A stretch of 64,000 bases of DNA. It comes from Waddliaceae bacterium. Its GTDB lineage: Bacteria > Chlamydiota > Chlamydiia > Chlamydiales > SLFE01. The stretch is taken from positions 1,056,001-1,120,000 of the forward strand of contig CAVYRW010000004.1 of assembly GCA_963771045.1 (NCBI GenBank), in the 5' to 3' direction. This document shows positions 1 to 9,783 of the stretch, piece after piece. The notes under the pieces are model-generated. The model saw only the letters and a list, made by a program, of their open reading frames with translations, had not been told where the DNA came from and ran no database searches. The first letter of the stretch is position 1, and each line of letters starts with the position of its first letter. The position numbers and the translations under genes are program-made.

Positions 1-987
1 CGAGTCAATCTTTCCTTTAGAGTCGACGGGGTGATGATCGGGAGGCCTGTGTTTGTCGGAACGGAGGTCAAAAAGGATGATGTTGTCGCCAGGCTCGATC
101 CGAAAGATTTTGAAGTGAAGCTGCAAACGGCTCAAGGCAATCTGGAAAAGGTAGAGGCGCAGTATCGTTTTGCCCAAAGGGATTACAAAAGGGCGACGGG
201 CCTCTGGAAGAAGGATCCCGGGGCTATCAGCCAGAGCCTTCTCGATCAGAAAGAAGAGCAGGTCAACCAGCTCAAAGGAGAGCTTGTTTCGCTCCAGGCT
301 CAAGTGGAGGGGGCGAAAGATCAGTTGTCTTATACGTATCTACGCTCACCGATCGATGGCATGGTTGTGGCTACCTATGCCGAACCCTACGAGTATGTGA
401 AGGCCAAGCAGTCCATCATGCGGCTGCTTGATACTTCGCAGGTTGAAATGGTAATTGACGTCCCTGAAAACGTCATCACCGAAATTCCCTATGTCAAAGA
501 TATCATTGTGCAGTTCGATGCTCTTGCTGGAAGGCAATTCTCTGCGGCGGTAAAAGAGATTGGGACAGAAGCTTCTGCGACAACCCGGACATACCCTGTC
601 ACCCTTCTCATCGACCAACCTGAAGATAAGCCCGTCATTTTAGCCGGGATGGCCGGCTATGCAAAGATGAGCGGACCCCACACTCAGGAACTGAGCGAAA
701 AAGGGTATTTGCTTCCGACAACAGCGGTCTTTTCCGATGTCGATAAGTCCAAAACCTATGTCTGGGTTGTGAATCCCGAGACGATGAGGCTCGAGCTTAA
801 GGAAGTAGAGAAGGGAAGCCTAGTCGAAAGAGGGATCATGGTGACTGAAGGGGTAAAGGCCGGAGAATGGGTTGTCACCGCCGGCGTCGCTCTCCTTAGA
901 GAGGGACAAAAGATCAAAATCCTGCCCGTAGAAATCAATCCGCAAGGAGAACAAATCGAGCTGCCCGAAGATGAAGCGATTTATTGA
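1..987 (+). CDS. RND efflux periplasmic adaptor (MFP) subunit, 5'-truncated by window edge
   Basis: Frame is open from base 1 (RVNLSFRVDG...). Lipoyl/hairpin motifs VKKDDVVARLD and YTYLRSPIDG, plus TRTYPV and GEWVVTAG. Directly upstream of the RND permease. Confidence 0.93.
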   Translation, partial: RVNLSFRVDGVMIGRPVFVGTEVKKDDVVARLDPKDFEVKLQTAQGNLEKVEAQYRFAQRDYKRATGLWKKDPGAISQSLLDQKEEQVNQLKGELVSLQAQVEGAKDQLSYTYLRSPIDGMVVATYAEPYEYVKAKQSIMRLLDTSQVEMVIDVPENVITEIPYVKDIIVQFDALAGRQFSAAVKEIGTEASATTRTYPVTLLIDQPEDKPVILAGMAGYAKMSGPHTQELSEKGYLLPTTAVFSDVDKSKTYVWVVNPETMRLELKEVEKGSLVERGIMVTEGVKAGEWVVTAGVALLREGQKIKILPVEINPQGEQIELPEDEAIY

Positions 988-3900
988 ACTGGCCCTAGAA
1001 AAAACGGTCGTCACATACGTTATCAGTTTCCTCATCCTGATCGGCGGGATCGTGAGCTTCTTATCTCTTGGGCAGCTTGAGGACCCTGTTTTCAGCATTA
1101 AATCGGCTGTAGTGGTGACGTCTTATCCCGGAGCCAGCCCGCAGGAAGTTGAACTGGAAGTCACCGACCTGATCGAGCAAGCTATCCAGCAGATGCCCCA
1201 GGTCAAAGATATCTATTCCATATCAAGACCAGGATTGTCTTACATTAAAGTGGATATCAAAGATAAATACTGGTCGGGCAAGCTGCCGCAAATTTGGGAC
1301 GAGCTGAGAAGAAAAGTTGGCGACGCCGAAAAATACCTCCCTCCGAATGCCGGAAAGCCGGTAGTCAACGACGATTTTGGTTTTGTCTACGGTTTTTTGC
1401 TTGCCGTCACAGGGGAGGACTATAGCTACAAAGATCTTGAAGATTACGCCAAGATCATTAAAAAAGAGCTCGGCCTCGTCGAGGATGTCGCCCGGATCAA
1501 TCTTTGGGGAGCCAGGGAAAAGGTTATCTATGTGGATGTTTCCGAGCAGCAGATTGCTGAGATCAACCTGACTCCCGAGACCTTTTTTTCCACACTTAAA
1601 AATCAAAACACTGTCGTCGACGCCGGATCTGTCGACAATGCTTGGGAGAGGTTCCGGATCGATCCGACAGGGGAGTTCGCAAGCCCTGAAGAGATTGGAG
1701 AGCTTATCATCCGTCCCAGGTCGAATGATATTGTCACCAATACCCTCCATGTCGCCGATCAAAGAGGAGGAGTCGAAAATATCACCAATTTGATGGAAGG
1801 GGAGAGCGAAAGGATTATCAGACTCAAGGATGTTGCCAGGATCAGAAGAGGTTACCAGGAGCCGCCGCCGACCATGATGCGCTACGGAGGCAAGCCTGCG
1901 ATCGGCATCGCCATTGCGGGAACCGATGATTCGAACATCGTCGCCGTAGGCGAGAGGCTAGGCAAGAGGCTTTCGCAAATTATGGAAAAGCTCCCCGTCG
2001 GCATCGAGGTTCACCGGGTATCTTGGCAATCAGAAATCGTCGATGAAGCCGTAAGCAGCTTTCTGATTAGCTTTCTTGAGGCTTTGATCATCGTGATGAT
2101 CGTTCTGATCATACCAAGCGGCTTTAGGATCGGCGCGATCATCGGCATTGATTTGATCCTGACAATTTTGGCGACGTTTATTGTCATGGCCATACTTCGA
2201 ATCCCCCTGCAAAGAATGTCGCTTGGCGCCCTGATCATCTCGCTTGGGATGATGGTCGATAATTCTATTGTGGTGTCCGACAGCATTGCTGTGAAGATCA
2301 GGCAGGGCGTTGGCAGGACCAAAGCGGCAATTGACGCGGCATACAGCAATTATTTTCCCCTTCTCGCTGCGACTCTTGTCGCCGTCATGACATTCTACCC
2401 GATATACGGCTCAGTCGGAAGTACCGGAGAGTATTGCGCGACCCTTTTTATCGTTGTCGCAGCAGCGCTTTTGCTAAGCTGGCTGATCTCTTTGACGCTC
2501 ACCCCGATTAAATGCGTTAACATGCTTCCAGATCCGCCCAAAGATGAAGAAACAAAAGACGAATTTGCCGGCCCTGTTTTCCAGGCTCTCAGAAAAATCC
2601 TTCGGGGCCTGATCAAAGTCCGTTTTCTCACAGCCCTTGTTCTCATCTGCATGCTTGCCGCTTCGGCTTTCGGTTTCGGCTTTGTCGATCAAATGTTTTT
2701 TCCCGATTCTACCCGTCCGCAGCTCATGGTCGATTACTGGGGGCCTGAGGGGATACGGATTCAGAAGGTCGCGCAAGATACCGCACAAATGGAAAAAGAA
2801 TTTCTCAAAAGCGACATGGTCGACAGTGTCACGACATTCATCGGGGCGGGTCCGCCGCGTTTTTATCTTCCCGTCGATTCGGAAAGGCCCAATCAAAACT
2901 ATGCTCAGTTGATCGTCAATTTTCATAACTTTCGTGATATCGACGCTTTTATCAAAAAATATCAGCAATGGACTGAAAACAATATATCTCAGGCTATGAT
3001 CCGCTACCGCAAATACGCTGTTGGACCGGGAGATGCTTGGAAGTTTGAATTGAAAATCACCGGACCGGGAGAAGCGAATCCGGATACGCTCCGTTCGATT
3101 GCCAACCGTGTGTTAAGCATCGTGGAGGCGTCTCCTTATGGAATAGACTGGCGCCTTGATGTGATGAACCCTGTCCTTAAGTATGTCCCTGAGTATGATC
3201 AGAAAAGAGGGAGGTGGTCTTCAGTTTCCCGCATGGACCTCGCTAGAGCCTCGCAAAGAAGCTATGACGGCAATCAGGTTGGAATCTACCGGGAAGGAGA
3301 CACTCTTTATCCGATAATTGTGAGGGCAGTTCAAAGCGAACGAAGCTCGCTCCTAAATAATTTCGGCACGGTTCAAATTACTCCTGATTTCACTACATGG
3401 ACCGTTCCCATGGCACAGGTTATTAACGGGACGGAAAATCACTGGGAGGATCCGATTATCGCTCGGTGGAACAGGCGGAGGGAGGTCGCCGTTCAAGGAG
3501 TGCCGAAAATGGGGATCACATTTCCCACACTGCAAAGAAGCGTCATGAACAACATTAATCAAATCAAACTTCCGCCGGGATACGAGTTCTTTTGGGACGG
3601 GGAGGCCGATAGCTCAAAAACTGCAAAGGAGCAGCTAATCCCCGGCTTGGTCCCGGCAATTGTTGTGATACTCGTTCTTCTTGTTCTTGTTTTTAACGCT
3701 CTTCGACCTGTTTTAATCATTCTCATCACAATTCCTTTTGCCGCGATCGGAATTACCCTTGGACTTCTTGTGTTCAAAATTCCTTTCGGCTTTATGGCTC
3801 TTCTTGGAGGGATGAGCCTTGTGGGGATGATGAACAAAAATATCGTTATTCTCTTAGACGAGGCGAACCTCAATTTAGAAAAAGGAATGAGCCGCTACCA

Positions 3901-4114
3901 AGCCATCATCGAAGCTTCTGTCTCGCGGGCGAGGCCAGTGCTTCTCGCTGCGGGGACAACCATACTCGGCGTCGCTCCGCTTTTGCAGGATGTGTTCTGG
4001 GTCTCGATGGCTGTAACCATTATGGCTGGGCTTGCTTTCGGATCGCTGCTGACCCTGATATGCGTTCCGGTTTTTTATACGATTATATATCGGATCAAAG
4101 GAGGGGATGCGTGA
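971..4114 (+). CDS. RND efflux permease, AcrB/AcrD/AcrF family
   Basis: 1047 aa. YPGASPQEVE, GMMVDNSIVV, SRARPVLL and GLAFGSLLTL..VPVFY motifs; RND hydrophobicity pattern. Confidence 0.96.
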   Translation: MKRFIELALEKTVVTYVISFLILIGGIVSFLSLGQLEDPVFSIKSAVVVTSYPGASPQEVELEVTDLIEQAIQQMPQVKDIYSISRPGLSYIKVDIKDKYWSGKLPQIWDELRRKVGDAEKYLPPNAGKPVVNDDFGFVYGFLLAVTGEDYSYKDLEDYAKIIKKELGLVEDVARINLWGAREKVIYVDVSEQQIAEINLTPETFFSTLKNQNTVVDAGSVDNAWERFRIDPTGEFASPEEIGELIIRPRSNDIVTNTLHVADQRGGVENITNLMEGESERIIRLKDVARIRRGYQEPPPTMMRYGGKPAIGIAIAGTDDSNIVAVGERLGKRLSQIMEKLPVGIEVHRVSWQSEIVDEAVSSFLISFLEALIIVMIVLIIPSGFRIGAIIGIDLILTILATFIVMAILRIPLQRMSLGALIISLGMMVDNSIVVSDSIAVKIRQGVGRTKAAIDAAYSNYFPLLAATLVAVMTFYPIYGSVGSTGEYCATLFIVVAAALLLSWLISLTLTPIKCVNMLPDPPKDEETKDEFAGPVFQALRKILRGLIKVRFLTALVLICMLAASAFGFGFVDQMFFPDSTRPQLMVDYWGPEGIRIQKVAQDTAQMEKEFLKSDMVDSVTTFIGAGPPRFYLPVDSERPNQNYAQLIVNFHNFRDIDAFIKKYQQWTENNISQAMIRYRKYAVGPGDAWKFELKITGPGEANPDTLRSIANRVLSIVEASPYGIDWRLDVMNPVLKYVPEYDQKRGRWSSVSRMDLARASQRSYDGNQVGIYREGDTLYPIIVRAVQSERSSLLNNFGTVQITPDFTTWTVPMAQVINGTENHWEDPIIARWNRRREVAVQGVPKMGITFPTLQRSVMNNINQIKLPPGYEFFWDGEADSSKTAKEQLIPGLVPAIVVILVLLVLVFNALRPVLIILITIPFAAIGITLGLLVFKIPFGFMALLGGMSLVGMMNKNIVILLDEANLNLEKGMSRYQAIIEASVSRARPVLLAAGTTILGVAPLLQDVFWVSMAVTIMAGLAFGSLLTLICVPVFYTIIYRIKGGDA

Positions 4115-5550
4115 GAAAATTCCTCATTCTTCTACTCTTTATTTTGACCGGCTGTTTTAAAGTCGGCCCGAATTTTCACGATCCGGCCACGCCTATGCAG
4201 CAAGAGTGGATGGAGTGCGGTGAGATGGAGGTCGATTGCGGCGAAAAGGTGATCACCGAATGGTGGAGTGTTTTCAACGATCCGAAACTCACAGAACTGA
4301 TCGATGTTGCCCAATGCCAAAACCTAGACCTCAAAATTGCCGCCTTCAGAGTCATAGCATCCCGTTATCTTTTCGCGATCGCCGTTGGAGAGTGGTTCCC
4401 TCAACTGCAGGATCTCGTCGGCGATGCCACCCGCACCGAGATCAGCAAAAACGCTCCCAACACTGTTTTTGCCGACAGGGTCTTTTGGGATTTCAACATT
4501 GGACTTTTAGCCTCTTGGGAAATCGATTTTTGGGGCAAGTTCAGACGAGGCATCGAGGCGGCTAACGACGATCTTTGGGCCTCTTATTACAACTACAACG
4601 ATGTTCTTGTGATCCTTCTTGCCGATGTCGCCTCCACATATGTCACGATTAGAACATTAGAGGAGCGGATCGAAATCGTCAAACATAATATCGCTATACA
4701 AACAAGAAGCCTTGAGATTGTCGAAGCGAGATGGCAGGCCGGCGTTGTTACCGAACTCGACGTGCAGCAGGCAAGGACCCTCCTCACTGCCACACAGTCG
4801 AGATTTCCGCTTCTTGAAGCCGATCTTCGGGCTGCCAAGAACGCTCTTTCCATCCTTCTTGGGGTGACCCCTGAAGACCTCACCTGCTATCTTGATGAAC
4901 CCGGACAAATTCCTGAATCGCCACCGGTCGTGGGCGTCGGCATTCCCGCTGAAATTCTCTGCCGCAGGCCAGATGTCAGGCAAGCGCTCTACGAGGCGGC
5001 CGCCCAGAGTGCCCGGATCGGCATCGCTACTGCCGATCTTTATCCGGCCATCTCGATTACCGGCTTTATTGGTTTCGAATCGAGCGCCGATACCATGATG
5101 ACCGCGTTGGGGGGAGGGGGGAGCCTTTTCAGTTCAGACAGCCTGACCTATATCTTCAGTCCCAATTTTGCCTGGAAAGTGTTCAACTACGGCCGACTGA
5201 AAAACCGCGTTAACTTTGAATACGCCACATTTTGCCAATTTATCCTCAATTACCAGAACACAGTCATATTGGCTTACAGTGAAGTTGAAGATGGTTTAAT
5301 TTCTTACGTTAAAACGCAGGATCAAGCCCATTTCCTCGCTGAAAGCGTTGCCTCGGCTAAGCGGGCCGCAGAAGTGGCCCGCACGCAGTATGTCGAAGGA
5401 CTTGCCGACTACACCCGGGTCCTTGAAACCGACCGTTCCCTTGTTGATCAGCAAGAGCAGTACGCCATCAGCCGCGGCAGCATCGTCCAGGCCTTAATCT
5501 CCACTTACCGCGCTCTTGGTGGCGGATGGCAAAGCTGCCCATTGGATTAG
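4111..5550 (+). CDS. Outer membrane efflux lipoprotein (NodT/OprM family)
   Basis: GTG start at 4111 overlaps the permease stop (GTGA) and follows a GGAGG RBS. Lipobox LTGC, SWEIDFWGKFRR, RRPDVRQA, C-terminal YRALGGGW. Confidence 0.95.
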   Translation: MRKFLILLLFILTGCFKVGPNFHDPATPMQQEWMECGEMEVDCGEKVITEWWSVFNDPKLTELIDVAQCQNLDLKIAAFRVIASRYLFAIAVGEWFPQLQDLVGDATRTEISKNAPNTVFADRVFWDFNIGLLASWEIDFWGKFRRGIEAANDDLWASYYNYNDVLVILLADVASTYVTIRTLEERIEIVKHNIAIQTRSLEIVEARWQAGVVTELDVQQARTLLTATQSRFPLLEADLRAAKNALSILLGVTPEDLTCYLDEPGQIPESPPVVGVGIPAEILCRRPDVRQALYEAAAQSARIGIATADLYPAISITGFIGFESSADTMMTALGGGGSLFSSDSLTYIFSPNFAWKVFNYGRLKNRVNFEYATFCQFILNYQNTVILAYSEVEDGLISYVKTQDQAHFLAESVASAKRAAEVARTQYVEGLADYTRVLETDRSLVDQQEQYAISRGSIVQALISTYRALGGGWQSCPLD

Positions 5551-5597
5551 TACCTATAAAATTATTCAAAGAGCTAAGTATGAGTTGTATCACCGTA

Positions 5598-5790
5598 TTG
5601 AAAGCAATGGGAGCCAAGACGAGGAAATATGACTTCCGCAACAGAACGGATCTAAGCTTGCAGCAGATAGCGAGGTGGTATAATCCAGTTTTACACCCGT
5701 GATTGTGACCTAATCTGAGGCTGGTTAAATTATTATGGCCGTTACTACAGGTCGGCTTTGTACTCACTCTGGAGGCATTTCAACAATTGA
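5598..5790 (+). pseudogene. Group II intron reverse transcriptase/maturase (domain X) remnant, interrupted by a 22-bp IS-end fragment
   Basis: Translates LKAMGAKTRKYDFRNRTDLSLQQIARWYNPVL / RGWLNYYGRYYRSALYSLWRHFN. Removing 5695-5716 restores the NPVLRGWLNYYG maturase motif in frame. Confidence 0.8.
5695..5724 (+). repeat. Isolated IS982/MITE terminal repeat fragment
   Basis: ACCCGTGATTGTGACCTAATCTGAGGCTGG is identical to 8953-8982. Confidence 0.9.
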
Positions 5791-6156
5791 AGCTATGAAA
5801 TGATGGTAGAATGACTGTATTTATATGGGGTCCACCTCAAAATATATGAGGTGTAATTATGAATAATATTTCTAACAGTAATTCTGAAGCTGGAAAAACA
5901 AAAATTGTATCAGCTATTGTTCCGGATGGACATTGCGTCAAACTGAATATCGTACATGTCAGACAGTAGATACTCTAATTAATTGGACTTTGTATTTGAC
6001 TCATCCCATCTGCAAAGCCTTGGCATCCGCTGGCGGTAAAAATGACAAGCCGCAACGCTATACAAATGTACAATCTTTAAACGCTGTGACCGTCTGCTTC
6101 GGCAACCCCTTAAGGGGGTTGCCTGCTATAGCACCATGCAGCTAGCGAGAGATTGG

Positions 6157-7017
6157 TTAACTTGAAGGAATGGTAAAAGTGAACGTCTGCGGCGGAGCGG
6201 GAACGGCAGGGTCCCCGACAAAAGTGAGCACTTGAGTATCAAATAAATCCCCGTTCAAATAAGCCCTCATGGTGAAGATGACTTGGGCATTTGAGTCATA
6301 ATCAGTCGCTACGACAGTATATTGACTCCCTGCTAAAACATTGAAAATTGTATTGCTTGTCAAGGTTGGTGAACTTGTATCGTCTGTAAAAAAACTCTGA
6401 AAGACGGTATCATTGGGAAGCCTGATCTCAAAACTTAGATCTAAAGTGGTATCTCCCGTGTTTATATCAATATCAAATTCGAAAAAAAGATCGCCGGCAG
6501 ACTCCTGAGAGAGTTCCGGGCAATCACTGCAGTTGTTCCCCAGGGAAGAATAGACGCCGGCTCCAATTATCCCTCCGACAGCCACAGCTGGGACAAGCCA
6601 TTTTTTAAATCGGCCGACGGGATAACAACAGTCTTTGCATTCCCCATACGGCTCGTAGAAGCAACAATCGGAATCATTATAGTCATTCTCATAGCAGCAA
6701 TAATCGGGATCTTCCGGCGTATACACCTCCATTTCCCTAGCGACAACGGGAAAAGGACCCTTTCCGCTTCTCATGGGATTTACACTCTCTGGGGGCTTTT
6801 CGGAAGCGGCTGTTTTGGAATTAGAAACTTCCTTTTTTCTTCGATCAATGATGGCAACTTGAGACGGTTTTTCTGAATATCTTATTCCGTTATACTGTTT
6901 TTCTCTTTCAACGATGTTGCGATTTTCTCCCTGAATAGGGGATACCCCGACTGTCGGCTCAGCTGCGAGCGAGGTCCATAAAAGCAATAACGTGATTATC
7001 CAATTCAAGCGAGACAT
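6157..7017 (-). CDS. Hypothetical exported protein with Cys-rich segment, internal hydrophobic helix and beta-rich C-terminus
   Basis: 286-aa ORF with AGGAGG RBS. Signal-peptide-like N-terminus (WIITLLLLWTSLAA), CC-rich stretch and LVPAVAVGGIIGAGVY segment. Confidence 0.75.
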   Translation of the reverse strand: MSRLNWIITLLLLWTSLAAEPTVGVSPIQGENRNIVEREKQYNGIRYSEKPSQVAIIDRRKKEVSNSKTAASEKPPESVNPMRSGKGPFPVVAREMEVYTPEDPDYCCYENDYNDSDCCFYEPYGECKDCCYPVGRFKKWLVPAVAVGGIIGAGVYSSLGNNCSDCPELSQESAGDLFFEFDIDINTGDTTLDLSFEIRLPNDTVFQSFFTDDTSSPTLTSNTIFNVLAGSQYTVVATDYDSNAQVIFTMRAYLNGDLFDTQVLTFVGDPAVPAPPQTFTFTIPSS

Positions 7018-7332
7018 AGTATTTCCTCCTAAGTTCGCAACTTTTTATATAGTTGATGTTTTGGTCAGCAGTCTTCGGTTTCGCTTATTTACGCTGATCT
7101 TCGATCAGCCTACTCGTCATCCATAGCTAAAGTTATGTATTTCATGTAAAATAAGCGATACCTTGGCTGGAGTTCAAAATCATCTATCTCAACTCTATGA
7201 AAAGTTGCCTATGTTTAAAATACGAAGATTATTTAAAAAAAAAATTCAAGTCAAGCACTTAGAACCGGTGGGGTTGTAATTGACGTCTTTTGAACCTCCC
7301 CATGGCTAAAGCCAGGGGATTCCGGACGGGGC

Positions 7333-8376
7333 TCACGCACACCTCTCGAGGCTCGTTCCGAGCCCGACAAGGAGAGTGTTAATCGCAGCATTGTGATCGC
7401 GATCGTGTAGAATACCACATCCTGTACACTCCCATTGTCTTACCGACAAGCCTGATGTCCCTGTTGGGCCTGTTTTGGCCAAACAGTTCGAACAGGTCAT
7501 GGTGGAACCTTTGGAATCAACTTCGATGTACTTCCTACCGCCTGCACGGCACTTGTATGAGAGCATTTGGCGAAGTTGGTAGTGGCCGCTTTCCGCCACT
7601 GATTTCCCGTATTTCTTGGCTATCCCTTGGATATGATCTTTGCTAAAGGCAATCGTTTCGTATTCCTCAACAAGTTTCCGAGATAGCTTATGGTTGTCGT
7701 CTTTGCGACGATTTTTAATTCTTTCTTGCAATCTTGAGGTCAGCTTTTGCCTCTTTCCTCTTTGTGCCTGTGCTAGTCGGCTTTCTAATTGCTTTAATCG
7801 TTTTGGTTTCTGAATCTTTTTCCCGGTGGAGAGGGGTAATGTTGTCTTAAATCCCGGATCAATACCGATTTTTTTGTATCTTTTATGTGGTATAGCCTTC
7901 GGTTCTGCCTCGATAAATAGACAAAGATACCAACCTGATGCACGTTTAACAATACGACCACATTTGATCTTTCCTTGAGGAATTTCCTGTTTGTGAAAGC
8001 GAATCAACCCAATTCCCGGGAGTTTAAAGTACACGCCGTCTGGTCTTCTAATTGGATCAAGGAAAGGGATCGAGTTGAGACGGTTTCGACAACCTTTAAG
8101 CCTAGGCTTTTTCCCTAGCTTTTTAAAACATCGGCTCCAAGCATCCCAAGCGGTACATAGCATCCCTTGCAATGTGTGGGAGGGTATATCGAGTTTCTTT
8201 CCATGATTCGCTAGCAGATTCTGAAACTCTTTCTTGCTGTAGAAAATGCTGTCCTTTGCGTCGAGTTCGATTTTTCGGATTGCCCAATTCCAAACACGAG
8301 TCAAAATTAAAAGCCATTCGGAAAGAACTGCTTCTTGCTTAGATTTTACTCTTAATTTGATTTGGGTTTGAATCAT
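7333..8376 (-). CDS. tnpB: RNA-guided endonuclease TnpB family protein
   Basis: RuvC-I IGIDPG, zinc ribbon CSNC...CTGC, RuvC-III HDRDHNAA. ATGA overlap with tnpA. Confidence 0.93.
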   Translation of the reverse strand: MIQTQIKLRVKSKQEAVLSEWLLILTRVWNWAIRKIELDAKDSIFYSKKEFQNLLANHGKKLDIPSHTLQGMLCTAWDAWSRCFKKLGKKPRLKGCRNRLNSIPFLDPIRRPDGVYFKLPGIGLIRFHKQEIPQGKIKCGRIVKRASGWYLCLFIEAEPKAIPHKRYKKIGIDPGFKTTLPLSTGKKIQKPKRLKQLESRLAQAQRGKRQKLTSRLQERIKNRRKDDNHKLSRKLVEEYETIAFSKDHIQGIAKKYGKSVAESGHYQLRQMLSYKCRAGGRKYIEVDSKGSTMTCSNCLAKTGPTGTSGLSVRQWECTGCGILHDRDHNAAINTLLVGLGTSLERCA

Positions 8377-8774
8377 ACCGTTTTCTGATTCTCCACATAT
8401 TGCTTAATCACACTTAGAGGAGCACCCCCTACCGTCGAAACGAAATAAGAATTTGTCCAGAGGGTGGGAAGACGAGAACGAAGGTGAGGAAAACTTTGTC
8501 TTAAAATTCTTGAGCTTTTCCCTTTGATTTCCTTAATCAACTTATGGATGCCATATTGAGGATCAACCTCAACGAGAAGATGCACATGATCCGGCATTAA
8601 TTCCATAGCAAGTATTTCGCTTCTCCTTAATTGGCAAACTTCCTCGATGATTGCCCTGAGTTCCTTTTGGACAAAATCGTTTAGTACATTACGCCTATAT
8701 TTTGGACACCACACAACGTGGTACTTGCATGAGTACACCACATTGTGATTAGATTTGTATTTAGAAATCGTCAT
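8373..8774 (-). CDS. tnpA: IS200/IS605 Y1 (HUH) transposase
   Basis: YHVVWCPKYRR, HUH motif DHVHLL, LWTNSYF, catalytic Tyr in KQYVENQ. Confidence 0.96.
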   Translation of the reverse strand: MTISKYKSNHNVVYSCKYHVVWCPKYRRNVLNDFVQKELRAIIEEVCQLRRSEILAMELMPDHVHLLVEVDPQYGIHKLIKEIKGKSSRILRQSFPHLRSRLPTLWTNSYFVSTVGGAPLSVIKQYVENQKTV

Positions 8775-9783
8775 GCTAACGCATTATATGGCGACAACTA
8801 ATATAATTCAAGTCGCTCCTTAACCCCATAACTAATTCCAGGGGATTGCGTCGCGATTTCGTTCAAAGATATCACCGCGCAGTTCGACGCTCTTTCTGAA
8901 AGGCAATTCTACGGCGATGTTTAACTAAACCGCAGTATAAATTTCACTTTTGACCCGTGATTGTGACCTAATCTGAGGCTGGGCGCTACAGATGGAGGTT
9001 AGATTTCGAAAATTTTGACGAGAGGCATGTCTTAAGACATGCCGGAGGAGAAATTTATCGAAAGATGACCTTCAGCTGTAGATGATTGGCCTTATTGGTT
9101 ATTATGATTTTTTTTAAAAATGGAGGAAATTATGATCAATCAAGTTATTACTATTTACTGCGTTTGCGATGAATTCACTCGTTGTTTTGGAATCATTGAC
9201 GATCCACAGTGCAAAATGAGCACAAGCGAAATTATGACCTTTGCTTTGGCTATCGCTTTAATGTATGGTTGCGATTACAAGAAAACCCGTCTTGTTTGCA
9301 AATATTTTTGTTTTTTCAAGAAAATACTTAGTCACAGTCAATTGGTAAGAAGAATACACAAAATTCCTAGGTGTGTATGGTTCATGGTATTTTATGCGCT
9401 GCAAATACTACTAAGAAATTCTAAGAATTTATCATTTATCGTGGACAGTTTTCCTGTAAAGGCATATGAGAATCATAAAAGTTTCCGAGCTCGGATTTTT
9501 TCAGATAAGGAATATCATGGATATACCGTTTCTAAAAAGCAGTATTTTTTTGGAATAGAAGTTCATATGGTAATTGATACCGATGGCGTTCCCATTGAAT
9601 TCTCTTTGACTCCAGGAAATTGTTCTGACATCAAAGCTTTTAAAAATATGGATTTAGAACTTCCAAAGGGGTCGATAATTTTTGGAGATCGAGCTTATAT
9701 AAACTACGAATTAGAAGACAGATTATTGAAAATACAAGGAATAAAATTGATTCCAAAAAGGCGTCAAGATCTTAAAAGATAAC

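Larger units (their letters stand above)
7290..8861 (-). mobile_element. IS200/IS605-family element (IS605 group, tnpA + tnpB)
   Basis: Related subterminal hairpins at both ends (minus strand ATCCCCTGGAATTAGTTATGGGG and ATCCCCTGGCTTTAGCCATGGGG). TTGAA lies immediately 5' of the left end, the right end finishes in TTCAA, and there is no TSD. Confidence 0.88.

Noticed and set aside
445..470. Self-targeting of the MFP gene by the TnpB guide
   Set aside because: Only 12 nt match, the first two seed positions mismatch, and no TTGAA TAM is adjacent.
1..5550. RND pump as dedicated exporter of the hydrazine product
   Set aside because: It lies about 19 kb away, separated by housekeeping genes; no sequence evidence of linkage.
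6101..6123. Hairpin GGCAACCCCTTAAGGGGGTTGCC as terminator or ncRNA
   Set aside because: No U-tract on either strand and no second copy seen; cannot assign a function.
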